Below are positions 38,721 to 47,341 of a stretch of 64,000 nt of DNA, one piece after another. Below the pieces are notes generated by a model. That model had not been told where the DNA came from and ran no database searches. It saw only the letters and a list, made by a program, of their open reading frames with translations. The DNA is from a bacterium (GTDB lineage Bacteria > ARS69). The stretch's first letter is position 1; the number at the start of each line of letters is the position of its first letter. The stretch is from NCBI GenBank assembly GCA_046330135.1, contig JAXLTI010000011.1, positions 11,848 to 75,847 on the forward strand, read 5' to 3'. The position numbers were made by a program, and so were the translations under genes.

Positions 38721-38767
38721 CTGTGGATCAGGGTGCCGTGGGTTCAAGTCCCATCACCCACCCCAAC
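38721..38767. repeat. attR: second copy of the 47-bp tRNA-His 3' segment
   Basis: Exact match to 28470..28516. Confidence 0.85.
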
Positions 38768-38816
38768 ATGTCCTTGGCAAGCGGGCACGCGAATTGGTAC
38801 CGTGCGTGCCCCGGGT

Positions 38817-38892
<76 letters not shown>

Positions 38893-39198
38893 ACCTCAAG
38901 CGCCGCAGCGACTTCCACCGGCATCCTCACGGGCGAGATTGCCCCGGCCCCACCGGGGAGGCGGCCCGTCTTCGTTGGTGGGTTGGCCGGATTCTCCCCG
39001 AGGCCGCCGCGCTCCCGCCTGCCGGCAGGCGTCGTACCTGCACCCCGTGGTGAGTGGATCTTCCCGCTCGGCGTGTTCGCGGCGGGCACCCCGAACGTAC
39101 TAGGGGCAGAGGCTCGAGAGCGAGCGGGTCCTTGGTCCCGGCCTTTCGCGCCAGCCATCCGAGAGCCGCGCTGCCGCGCCGTCGAGGAGGAGGAAGTC

Positions 39199-39696
39199 AT
39201 GGGAGCCCCGCTACCTGCCGGAACGGTCATCTACCCGCCGCTGCCCGACAGCGAGAGGCTGGACACCGCGAAGCACTACCTGAATCAGATGATCTTCGGC
39301 GTGGAGACCCGGCCGAAGGGATTCGACTACTACGGCGTCACGTGGCTCGTGGAGAACTTCCTGCGCTTCGTGTCCAAGTTCCGCGGCCCCGGGGACATCC
39401 CGACCATGCAGGCCATGTGGGTCCGTCGGCACAAGCTGCCGGCCGTCCCGTTCGGACGCAAGCGCAGCCAGCACCTCGTCTTCCTGATCAAGACCTTCAA
39501 GTCCTTGCTGGACATCCCGGGCGAAAAGCCCATGAAGCTGATCTACGACACGTACGAGGAAATGACGGACACGATGTTCGACCTGGTCGAAGAGTTCCGC
39601 GCCAAGATGGAGGCGATGAACCACGTCGATCTCGAGAAGTTCAAGCGCGAGCTGGAGCGGGTCTCGGACTACCACCGGGCGGCCCGTTGGTACTGA
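39199..39696 (+). CDS. Hypothetical protein (165 aa)
   Basis: Strong SD GAGGAGGAGGAAG 6 nt upstream of ATG 39199. Lower-GC, Lys-rich composition atypical for the window. No family recognised. Confidence 0.6.
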   Translation: MGAPLPAGTVIYPPLPDSERLDTAKHYLNQMIFGVETRPKGFDYYGVTWLVENFLRFVSKFRGPGDIPTMQAMWVRRHKLPAVPFGRKRSQHLVFLIKTFKSLLDIPGEKPMKLIYDTYEEMTDTMFDLVEEFRAKMEAMNHVDLEKFKRELERVSDYHRAARWY

Positions 39697-40134
39697 CGGT
39701 CGCGCGGGGCTCGATTCGCTGACAGGACCTGCTGCGCGTCGCCCTCGCCGCAGCGTATCGCCTCGTCCTTGGCGACACCGCCGTGGGCGAGCCTCGGACT
39801 CGCGACGCCGCCGCCATGAAGCGTGCGCGCTCGTCGAGCGCACGTCCCCTTCCGGCTTCCGCGGATTCGGCGCCGGCCGGATTCGCGCGGCGCGGCGTCC
39901 GCATCATTCTCCGGTCACCGCTTCTTGCGCTGCGTACGCGACCTGCGTACCCTCCGGGGTGGTCGAGGGGTTCTCGCGGGCAGACCAGCTGAAGCGAGGC
40001 CGACCACCGGCCGATTCCCGAGTAGAATGGAACCGACCGGCCTGCCCCGACATCGAAGGGGTGGAGCGACTGCGCCGCGAACCGGGCAGGCGCTCGCCGG
40101 CGCCCGCCCACGGCGGGCCGGACCGACAAGAGAA

Positions 40135-40486
40135 GGGGGCGAAAGGTCTCGACGGGGAAACACGAGCCGACGATTGCGTGCCGAGGCGCCCAGGCCTCGA
40201 TAAAAATGGGCAAACGTACAACTGCCGACTACGAGTTGGCTCTGGCCGCTTAGCGCGACCACGGTGGCTCCTTCAAGGCCTGCGGGGGGGGATGCCACCG
40301 CCGATTAACGCAGGATCGCTGCTCCCCGGCGTCTCGGCAGGGAGCGGCTAAACTTCACCGGGACTGGTTGCCTCGGGATCCCACCCGTCGGAGCTCGAGG
40401 GAACGAGATTCGTAGGCGGGGAGCGCACGGATGAGTCGTCGGTGAGGGTTCTTCGGACGTGGGTTCGATTCCCACCGCCTCCACCA
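40135..40486 (+). ncRNA. ssrA: tmRNA (ssrA)
   Basis: 5' GGGGGCGAAAGGTCTCGACGGGG. tRNA-like 3' end GGACGTGGGTTCGATTCCCACCGCCTCCACCA. The internal frame GGC AAA CGT ACA ACT GCC GAC TAC GAG TTG GCT CTG GCC GCT TAG gives the tag GKRTTADYELALAA*. Pseudoknot-rich middle region. Confidence 0.85.
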
Positions 40487-40492
40487 AACCTG

Positions 40493-40521
40493 GGGCCCGT
40501 AAGTGACGTACTTGCGGGCCC
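40493..40521 (+). terminator. Hairpin immediately 3' of the tmRNA (GGGCCCGTAAGT-loop-ACTTGCGGGCCC)
   Basis: 12-bp stem with 1 mismatch and a 5-nt loop. The downstream tract is T-poor, so a rho-independent function is uncertain. Confidence 0.4.
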
Positions 40522-40783
40522 TTACACGTTCGGACGATTTCGGCGAAAAGGCCGTCTCCAGAATATCTCCACTCTTCTAGGCGATTTGCCGCGGGCCCCT
40601 CGCCTGGCGGACGGCCTGGAGCTGGTCTAGAGACCGTTTCCCCTGCGCCGGATCGCTCACGCTGCGCACCGAACCCACGTCCTGACGGGGCTAGGTTCCG
40701 GAGTCCAGAGCCAGGTATCATGAGAAGCGTCAGCGCGGAGGTTGTCGATCTGCCGCATCGACCTGCTCGTTAACGGGACGGCC

Positions 40784-42067
40784 ATGAAGGGCATTCTGGT
40801 TGGATTCGCCGCGGTCCTCATGGTGCAGATGCCTGCACGGGGAGCGGTGCTGCACGTTCCCGAGGAGTATCTGACCGTCTTGAAGGCGGTGGACGTCGCC
40901 GTCGCTGGAGACTCGGTTCTCGTCGGCCCCGGGATCTGGAACGCTACTGAAGCCCGTACGGTTCTCGTCTTCGGCACCCTGCAGACCGTCCAGAGCGCCA
41001 TGTACCTCAAGCCCGGCGTGACCGTGATCGGTGTGGCCGGCGCGGCGACTACCGTCCTGGATGGAGGCCAGCCGACGTTGTACCCGGTCTGTACGATCGA
41101 GGACGGGCTGCCTGGCGCGGTGGCGGCGCACGTGGTCGGCTTGACCGTCACGGGTGGTGGCAGCGGAGTGGCGGTCTCGGAAAGCCCCTTGGAACTCGTC
41201 GACTGTCAGATCACGGGCAACCACGACTACGGGGTCCTGGCAAGCAAGGCTGCGGTGACCCTGACGCGCTGCGTCGTGTCGAACAACCAGCTGAGTGGGG
41301 CGGGCGACGGCGGTGTGGATGGGCACGACATCGATCTGACGTGCACGGGCTGTACGTTCGCACAGAACATCCTTGGGCTCCGCGTAGAGACGGTCGAACA
41401 CCTGCCGATGACTGTGGTCCTTCGGGATTGCGTCTTTCGCGATCACAGCCTTCGGGGCGCGGTCGTTACAGACGTGGCGTCGGTGGATATCGAGCGCTGC
41501 ACGTTCTTGCGGAACTGTGTGGCGGGAGGGACGAACGGGTTGGGCGGCGGGCTCTGGCTCTTTCGCTGCTCGGGCAATCTGCGCTTCTGTACGTTCGCGT
41601 ATGACAGCGCGGGGAGCGGGGGGGGCGCCGCAGCGTCCCTCTCATATGTGCACGTGGAGAGCAACACGTTCTTCGGGTGTCATGCAGGAATACTTGCGGC
41701 AGCCCTGTGCGTAGATGGAACGGACGTCGGGACGAACCACAACATCTTCGCAAGCTCGACGGGCCGACGCGGGGCGGTGAGTGGACTGATTCGGAATCCC
41801 CAGACGGGGTGCAATCTGTTCTGGAACAACGTCGACGGGGACTACTACGAACACTGGCTCCCACCGCCCACGGACATCCACGCGGATCCCCTCTTCTGCG
41901 ATCCAGTCGCCCTCGACTTCCATCTTCAGGATGCCTCGCCCGCCGCGCCGGCGCACTCCGGCGGCTGCGGCTTGATCGGCGCTTTCGACGTGAACTGCGG
42001 CCCCGTGTCGGCCGGGGGCAGCTTGGAGTCGCGCTCCTGGGGCAGCCTGAAGAGCCTCTACCGGTGA
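40784..42067 (+). CDS. Secreted right-handed beta-helix repeat protein. C-terminal Cys-rich module ends in SWGSLKSLYR.
   Basis: Signal peptide MKGILVGFAAVLMVQMPARG. N-terminus VLHVPEEYLTVLKAV is paralogous to the next gene. PbH1-like repeats. Confidence 0.75.
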   Translation: MKGILVGFAAVLMVQMPARGAVLHVPEEYLTVLKAVDVAVAGDSVLVGPGIWNATEARTVLVFGTLQTVQSAMYLKPGVTVIGVAGAATTVLDGGQPTLYPVCTIEDGLPGAVAAHVVGLTVTGGGSGVAVSESPLELVDCQITGNHDYGVLASKAAVTLTRCVVSNNQLSGAGDGGVDGHDIDLTCTGCTFAQNILGLRVETVEHLPMTVVLRDCVFRDHSLRGAVVTDVASVDIERCTFLRNCVAGGTNGLGGGLWLFRCSGNLRFCTFAYDSAGSGGGAAASLSYVHVESNTFFGCHAGILAAALCVDGTDVGTNHNIFASSTGRRGAVSGLIRNPQTGCNLFWNNVDGDYYEHWLPPPTDIHADPLFCDPVALDFHLQDASPAAPAHSGGCGLIGAFDVNCGPVSAGGSLESRSWGSLKSLYR

Positions 42068-42072
42068 AGGCC

Positions 42073-43404
42073 ATGCGTCGACGTGCAGCGACCGCCTCGG
42101 CAGCGGTACTCAGCGCGCTGATCGCGTGCCCGGCTGCGGGAGTCACGCGGCATGTGCCGGCGGAGTATGCGACGATCAACGCGGCGCTGAGTGCATCGAC
42201 GTCGGGCGACAGCGTTCTGGTGGCCCCCGGCACGTATTCGCAGTACGAGGTGCGGGTACTGCATGGCGACGTCAGCTTCACCGCGAGCTCGGTGGCCTTC
42301 CTGAAGGCCGGGGTGAGTCTGATCGGCGAGGGAGGCCGTGATGTGACGCGGATCGATCTCGCCGGTCAGGGCGTCGGCTTTGCGGTCCCCGTGCTCGCGT
42401 ACAACCTGGGCCTCGGAACGATCCTTGTTCAGGGCTTCACGGTCACCGGGGCGCCTGTTGGGAGTACCGGGATGTGGAGCCGCTTCATGGACCGGATGGT
42501 CATCCGCGCTTGCCGACTCGCGGATCTCGATGGCGGCACGGCGCAGCCCGGAGGCTTATACAGCGAGACGGTAGCCTTGGAGATCTACGATACGGAGTTT
42601 CGAAACTGCCGGATCGAAGGTGGCCCCTATCGGCAAGCGGCAATCCTTCACGCCGAGGGCGACGCCGTTCTGGACGGGTGCTTGTTCGCCGATTGCGCGG
42701 GACCCGATATCGTGTGGTTGGATGCGCTAGGTCTAGACCCAGCGTTCGGTGCACTAGTGAAGAACTGCGAGTTCCGGAACAATGCCGGTCTTGGGGCGCG
42801 CCTCGGAGAATTCGTTGACCTGACCGTCGAGGACTGCAGGTTCGTCGGCAACCATCCGTCCGCCAACACCAGCGCACTTGTCGTGTTCGGCGGGCAGGGG
42901 GTCGTGGAACCTGGTCCCTATCATATCCGCCGCAACCTCTTTGCAGACAATGAGTCGGCATTGGGTTGGGGCACGATCTACTGGGACCGAGTCGGCGGCG
43001 TGTTTGAGCAGAACACGCTAGTTGGCAACGGGACCAATGGTCTAGTCATGTCCTACTCTGACTGGCAGCACGTGACCGTCCAGAACAACATCTTCTCAAG
43101 CACTGTAGGATCTACCGCCGTGTGGTTCCGCGGTTCAACATCGCCAGTGCCGGTGTCGGCGTGCAATGACTTCTGGGACAATCCGGGCGGGAACATCGCA
43201 GGGTATCCGCCGGGCGCGACGGACATCTTCGTCGATCCGCAGTTCTGCGATGACGCCAACGGAGACTACACGGTCGCGGACACCTCACCCTGCATCCCGC
43301 CGAACTCAGGCGCTTGCGGGCAAGTCGGGGCGCTCGGGCGGGGCTGCACCGGGCTGGCAGTCGATCCTCAGACCTGGGGCCGGCTCAAGGCCGCCTTCCG
43401 CTAG
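42073..43404 (+). CDS. Secreted right-handed beta-helix repeat protein (paralog). C-terminal module ends in TWGRLKAAFR.
   Basis: MRRRAATASAAVLSALIACPAAGVTRHVPAEYATINAAL. Same architecture as the previous gene. The stop at 43404 abuts the integrase remnant. Confidence 0.75.
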   Translation: MRRRAATASAAVLSALIACPAAGVTRHVPAEYATINAALSASTSGDSVLVAPGTYSQYEVRVLHGDVSFTASSVAFLKAGVSLIGEGGRDVTRIDLAGQGVGFAVPVLAYNLGLGTILVQGFTVTGAPVGSTGMWSRFMDRMVIRACRLADLDGGTAQPGGLYSETVALEIYDTEFRNCRIEGGPYRQAAILHAEGDAVLDGCLFADCAGPDIVWLDALGLDPAFGALVKNCEFRNNAGLGARLGEFVDLTVEDCRFVGNHPSANTSALVVFGGQGVVEPGPYHIRRNLFADNESALGWGTIYWDRVGGVFEQNTLVGNGTNGLVMSYSDWQHVTVQNNIFSSTVGSTAVWFRGSTSPVPVSACNDFWDNPGGNIAGYPPGATDIFVDPQFCDDANGDYTVADTSPCIPPNSGACGQVGALGRGCTGLAVDPQTWGRLKAAFR

Positions 43405-43600
43405 GCCATCGCCGCGCGCGGCGCTCCCGGATCGCCCGCCTGACCTCCGCGGGCTCAACCTGGGCGTACGACTCCGTGGTCGCAAGGTGCCGGTGGCCCA
43501 GAGCGGCCTGAACGATGCGCAGGTCGCCCCCTGCGTTCCCGCGTTGGTCGCGTGGGTATACCAAAGCGAGTGCCCCGAGGCGGCGCGATCAGCGCCTGCG
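43405..43600 (-). pseudogene. Remnant of a tyrosine integrase 3' end (frameshifted)
   Basis: The reverse complement of 43405-43530 translates to GDLRIVQAALGHRHLATTESYAQVEPAEVRRAIRER. This is near-identical to the C-terminus of the integrase at 44686..45690. The upstream part (…HSLWYTHATNAG) sits in a different frame. Confidence 0.65.
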
Positions 43601-43653
43601 GGTTGCGGGCGAACCGAAACCTCGGCATAGTCAGCGCCACCGGGGGGTGCGCC

Positions 43654-44808
43654 GTGGTCACCCTTCTGCCTTGTGTCCTCCTGCTCTCCTGCCCCTGCTG
43701 CCCGAGCGTCGAGCCGACGGCACCCTTCACGACGCGCGCGGTCGAAAGCGGATGGGGTGAACCGGTCCACGGCCTCTCGATTCTCGCCACGACGGACGCC
43801 GACACCGTCGCGATGGGGCACGAGATGCGCTTCGAGATCTTCCTCCGCTTCAACCCCTTCGATGCCGACGGGCGCGTGAAGGTCCTCGACACGACGGATG
43901 AGGAGTGGGCGCTGTGCTTGACGGCACCGAACGACTCTCGAACGTATGAGCGCGGTGATGCGGGCGCGGGGTATGGCCTGGCGTTAGGGCGGCATGCGGT
44001 CCCTCTCGTGTACGGCGAGATGGGGTCCCGAGCGAAGCTGTTCTTCTTGCTCGACACAGACGGCGAGCAGATCTCGCCCGGGGACTACTCCGTGCGAGTT
44101 CGCCTGATGTGCCGCCCTGAGGCCGACGTCGACTCGGCAAGCCTGTGGACCGGATCCGTGGAGTCCGGATCGATCTCCATCCACGTCACGCCGCGCGACG
44201 CCGACACAACGCAATGCGAGCTTCCGAGGCGTGTCGTTCTCGGCACGGCCGACGACGGGGCGGTGACGTGGAGATGGGACGAGGGGTCCTTCGAACCGGC
44301 CGTGATCGTGTCGCGTCCTGGCTACCACTTGAAGTGGCAGACCTCGATCGCGAGGTTCATCGACGAGCCCGGGGACTTTCAAGATCCCCAGGTTGCAGAC
44401 AGCCTGGGTGCGGCGGCCTATTCCCGAGCCTTCCGCTTCCAGAAGGACAGGGCGGTCGAGGGTGCCGCGCCGAGGCACGGAGTGACGCATACCCTCACGG
44501 CACCGCACGTCGAGAAGGTGCTGGTCGGAGGGCAGAGGCTGCGCGCCGAGATCGAGTTGGACGGTCTTCGAGACGTCCTTCCTGGCCGGGCACTACTGGG
44601 TGCCGGAGTGCACGAGATGCCGCGTGCTGCGGCACCTACAAGGTCGTTCAGACCTGGCCGTAGGGTGGCGGGGCCAGGATGGCGTCTACCGTGCGACTGC
44701 GCGCCTGACCTCCGTTCCACCCACGTGGGCGTACGCCTCGGTCGTCCCGAGATGGCGATGGCCCAGCGCGGCCTGGACGATGCGGAGATCACCCGTCCGC
44801 TCGCGTAG
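43654..44808 (+). CDS. Hypothetical lipoprotein-like protein. The 3' end is uncertain because the tail overlaps the antisense strand of the integrase.
   Basis: GTG 43654 gives VVTLLPCVLLLSCPCC (lipobox-like). Coherent sequence for ~300 aa. The last ~40 aa are antisense to int and look like low-complexity read-through. Confidence 0.4.
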   Translation: MVTLLPCVLLLSCPCCPSVEPTAPFTTRAVESGWGEPVHGLSILATTDADTVAMGHEMRFEIFLRFNPFDADGRVKVLDTTDEEWALCLTAPNDSRTYERGDAGAGYGLALGRHAVPLVYGEMGSRAKLFFLLDTDGEQISPGDYSVRVRLMCRPEADVDSASLWTGSVESGSISIHVTPRDADTTQCELPRRVVLGTADDGAVTWRWDEGSFEPAVIVSRPGYHLKWQTSIARFIDEPGDFQDPQVADSLGAAAYSRAFRFQKDRAVEGAAPRHGVTHTLTAPHVEKVLVGGQRLRAEIELDGLRDVLPGRALLGAGVHEMPRAAAPTRSFRPGRRVAGPGWRLPCDCAPDLRSTHVGVRLGRPEMAMAQRGLDDAEITRPLA

Positions 44809-45690
44809 CCTCGTCGCGAACGTGTGCCGCAGCGAGTGCACGGTGAGGGGCCGATCGATTCCGGCGGAGGCGAGAAGCGCCTGGAATCGGTACTGGGCCT
44901 GGCGCGATGACAGCTGCCCGCGGCTGCTGCAGAAGAGCGCGCCCTTGCGGATCCCCTCCTCCACGAGGTAGCGCCGCAGCAGCCGCGTGACGTCCTTCGG
45001 CAGCACCACGTCCTGGACATGCGCGTGCTTGCCTACGGAGCGGGCGGTGCCGGTGCGCAGGTCCAGATCGGCAACGTCCAGCGCCAGCGCCGCCGCCAGC
45101 CGCATCCCGGAGCGCAGCAGGAGCGTGAACAGCGCGCGGTCGCGGCGGCCCGGGGCTGACTTCGCGCCGCGGTCCAGCGTGGCCACGAAGCGCCGCTCCT
45201 CCAGCTCCGACATCGGCGTCGGCAGCGGGCGGTCGGTGCGCGCGTTCTTCAGCAGCCGCGACGGGTCGTTGCGCAGCGTTCCGGCGAGCGTCAGGTAGCC
45301 GAACACCAGGCGCAGCACCGTGCGCGTCCGGTTCATCGTGCGGGCGTTCCGCTTCGCCCCGGCGGGCGTCACCTGGAGTACCGGATCCGTGAGGTAGCGC
45401 GCGAGCCGGTCAGGGCTGACACGGCGGACGTCGGTCTGCGTGCCAAGCCAACGCCCGAACCGCTCCAGCTCGCGGCGGTAGACCGAGATGGTCAGCGGGG
45501 ACTTCCCGTCGGCTTCGAGCTGCGTGAGGAAGCGGCGGGTCGCGGTGGTGAGGGTCATGGCGGCAGGCCCCTTTCGAGGGCCATGGACGCTCTCGTGGCG
45601 GCGGAGATCAAGCGAAGTGCGCCCCGAAGGAGCAGGCATCCCGCGGGGGCGCCGCCGGAGGGCCATCGGGGCCCCGGCCCGGTTGACCAC
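44686..45690 (-). CDS. Tyrosine recombinase/integrase (XerC/D-like, 334 aa)
   Basis: ...HSLRHTFATRLRERTGDLRIVQAALGHRHLGTTEAYAHV. R-K-H-R-H-Y catalytic-residue spacing. N-terminal SAM-like core-binding domain. Confidence 0.8.
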   Translation of the reverse strand: MVNRAGAPMALRRRPRGMPAPSGRTSLDLRRHESVHGPRKGPAAMTLTTATRRFLTQLEADGKSPLTISVYRRELERFGRWLGTQTDVRRVSPDRLARYLTDPVLQVTPAGAKRNARTMNRTRTVLRLVFGYLTLAGTLRNDPSRLLKNARTDRPLPTPMSELEERRFVATLDRGAKSAPGRRDRALFTLLLRSGMRLAAALALDVADLDLRTGTARSVGKHAHVQDVVLPKDVTRLLRRYLVEEGIRKGALFCSSRGQLSSRQAQYRFQALLASAGIDRPLTVHSLRHTFATRLRERTGDLRIVQAALGHRHLGTTEAYAHVGGTEVRRAVAR

Positions 45691-45857
45691 GTGGCCGCCA
45701 CGTTCGCCCCACGTGCCCCCAAGTCAGGCAGGATCGGGGCATGAGGCCAGTTCGGCCCGCACCCCGCGCGGCGAGCCAAATCTCCCCCTGGTGCACCCAC
45801 GCTGGCCGCGGTATTCCTCCGCGCGGCGAACCACCCCCTGGAAGACGGAGACCGATC

Positions 45858-46292
45858 ATGGCCCAGCTCGACCGCGCCCTGGAACGCTACGACCTGGAGA
45901 CCCTGGAGGCCGCCCTCGCACGCCGCCGCGCACGCGACAAGCAGCTCGGCGCTGTCCGCGCGAAGATGGCCATGCTGGTGGCCGAACTCGGGAAGCTCGA
46001 CGCCGCCATCGGCACCGGCTCCTCGACGCGCGTTGGCCCCCGCGGCGGCAAGGTGGTCCATCATCGGCCGAATGCCCGCCGCCTCAACGAGATCTCGCTC
46101 GCGGACGCGCTGGAGAAAGTGCTGCGCGCGGCGAAGAAGCCCGTGCACTACAAGGCGCTGACGGAGACGGTCGTGAAGCGGGGGATCTACAAGACGAAGA
46201 GCAAGAACCTGCTCAGCACGGTCGCCGTCACGCTCAAGCGCGATGGGCGGTTCAAGAAGGTCGAGGCGGGGGTGTGGGCGCTGAAGAAGTAG
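45858..46292 (+). CDS. Coiled-coil + winged-helix (HARE-HTH/Mrr_N-like) protein. Partner of the downstream HEPN-motif protein.
   Basis: ATG 45858. C-terminal ISLADALEKVLRAAKKPVHYKALTETVVKRGIYKTKSKNLLSTVAVTLKRDGRFKKVEAGVWALKK is wHTH-like. Lower GC than its surroundings. Confidence 0.55.
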   Translation: MAQLDRALERYDLETLEAALARRRARDKQLGAVRAKMAMLVAELGKLDAAIGTGSSTRVGPRGGKVVHHRPNARRLNEISLADALEKVLRAAKKPVHYKALTETVVKRGIYKTKSKNLLSTVAVTLKRDGRFKKVEAGVWALKK

Positions 46293-46405
46293 TCGCCAAT
46301 CAGAATCCTCCGTCGACACCGACCACCCAACGCCGCGCGGGGGCGTCGACGCAAGGTCGAACCGTTGAGGAGTTTCGCGTGGACGCACCCATAACGCAGG
46401 CTGAG

Positions 46406-47341
46406 ATGCCGCCCGGCGGAATCAGCGGCATGATCTTCCTGGTGCCAGCGGAGAGGGAAGGGACGCGGAGCGACGATCAACGACTGCGAGACCCGAGCGA
46501 GCGTGAGTTCACCGTCCACATCTGCCTCGCTACCGACCGCAGCCATTCGAGCGGCATCGATATTCGCCCGGGCTGCGCCTCGGGGTCGTCTCTGCTGCGC
46601 CTTCCACCAGGGGCCTCCAGTGGGAAGCTGCAGACTCCAGCATGCGCGTTCCGTCTGACAAAGGGAGAGGACGGTTCCGTTGGTGGTCTGGTCGGCTCGC
46701 TACGGGACCGGTCCATCCAAGGGGCGACTCGACAGGCCATGGCGGCGGCCGCTCCCGTTCTCGACCTGTTGTCGTACCGGGTCAACGTACCTCTGGTGGT
46801 CGGGCGCATTGCTTGCGTGGACGCCAGCAATGGCGTGACGGCCGTGACCTTCACGAGTCCATACGGCGACGCGGTCATCCCAATCGACGAAGGCCATGTC
46901 CATCGCGAGATGATGCCGGTGTTCGCGCTCTACCGCGAAGCGAAGAACAGCGTGAGCCCGTTCTACAGGTTCCTCTGCTACTACAAGATCCTCGAAGGGA
47001 TTCTGAACGTACTGCGTCCGGCAGTCTTCAAGGAGGCGAGACGTCGCCGATTTGACCTGAAGACGATACCTGAGGTGCTACCAGATCATCCGGAGTTCCA
47101 CAAGCTCCCGTGTCCCTACGTCGGTCAACCGATCGCGTCGTTCGTGAACGATGAGCTGCGCCCGAAGTACCGCAACGCCGTGGCGCATTTTCGCGAGGGC
47201 GCCCGCGGGGTCCTGAATCCGAGCGACCTCGCAAGAGAAGGAGAGTTCGCCGACGTCATTCTCCCCGCTGAACTTGCGGTCCGGGTCACCGTTGACGCGC
47301 AAGGCAGCTACTACGACCAGCTCCGCAGCTGTGGGGCATAG
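46406..47341 (+). CDS. Hypothetical protein with a C-terminal HEPN-like Rx4H motif (candidate RNase toxin/abortive-infection effector)
   Basis: ...FYRFLCYYKILEGILNVL...ELRPKYRNAVAHFREG (R-NAVA-H). No other recognisable domain. Flanked by two integrases. Confidence 0.5.
   Translation: MPPGGISGMIFLVPAEREGTRSDDQRLRDPSEREFTVHICLATDRSHSSGIDIRPGCASGSSLLRLPPGASSGKLQTPACAFRLTKGEDGSVGGLVGSLRDRSIQGATRQAMAAAAPVLDLLSYRVNVPLVVGRIACVDASNGVTAVTFTSPYGDAVIPIDEGHVHREMMPVFALYREAKNSVSPFYRFLCYYKILEGILNVLRPAVFKEARRRRFDLKTIPEVLPDHPEFHKLPCPYVGQPIASFVNDELRPKYRNAVAHFREGARGVLNPSDLAREGEFADVILPAELAVRVTVDAQGSYYDQLRSCGA

Larger units (their letters stand above)
28515..38767. mobile_element. ~10.2 kb integrative element in tRNA-His. 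Phage-satellite/PICI-like: integrase, AlpA, primase-helicase, TerS-like, TerL and HNH, with no structural genes.
   Basis: Flanked by 47-bp direct repeats. Integrase adjacent to attR. Gene order int–hyp–alpA–prim/helicase–(ori-like IR)–small ORFs–terS–terL–hyp–hyp–membrane–HNH. Confidence 0.8.

Noticed and set aside
40450-40490. Search for a duplicated tmRNA 3' end (att) bounding the 40.5-60.5 kb island
   Set aside because: The segment GGTTCGATTCCCACCGCCTCCACCA occurs only once in the window. The only similar T-arm sequences belong to genuine tRNAs (Leu, Lys). The island borders are therefore left unresolved rather than invented.
40305-40721. Minus-strand ORFs overlapping the tmRNA
   Set aside because: The region folds as tmRNA with a canonical acceptor/T-arm and tag reading frame. 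A protein-coding interpretation is not supported.
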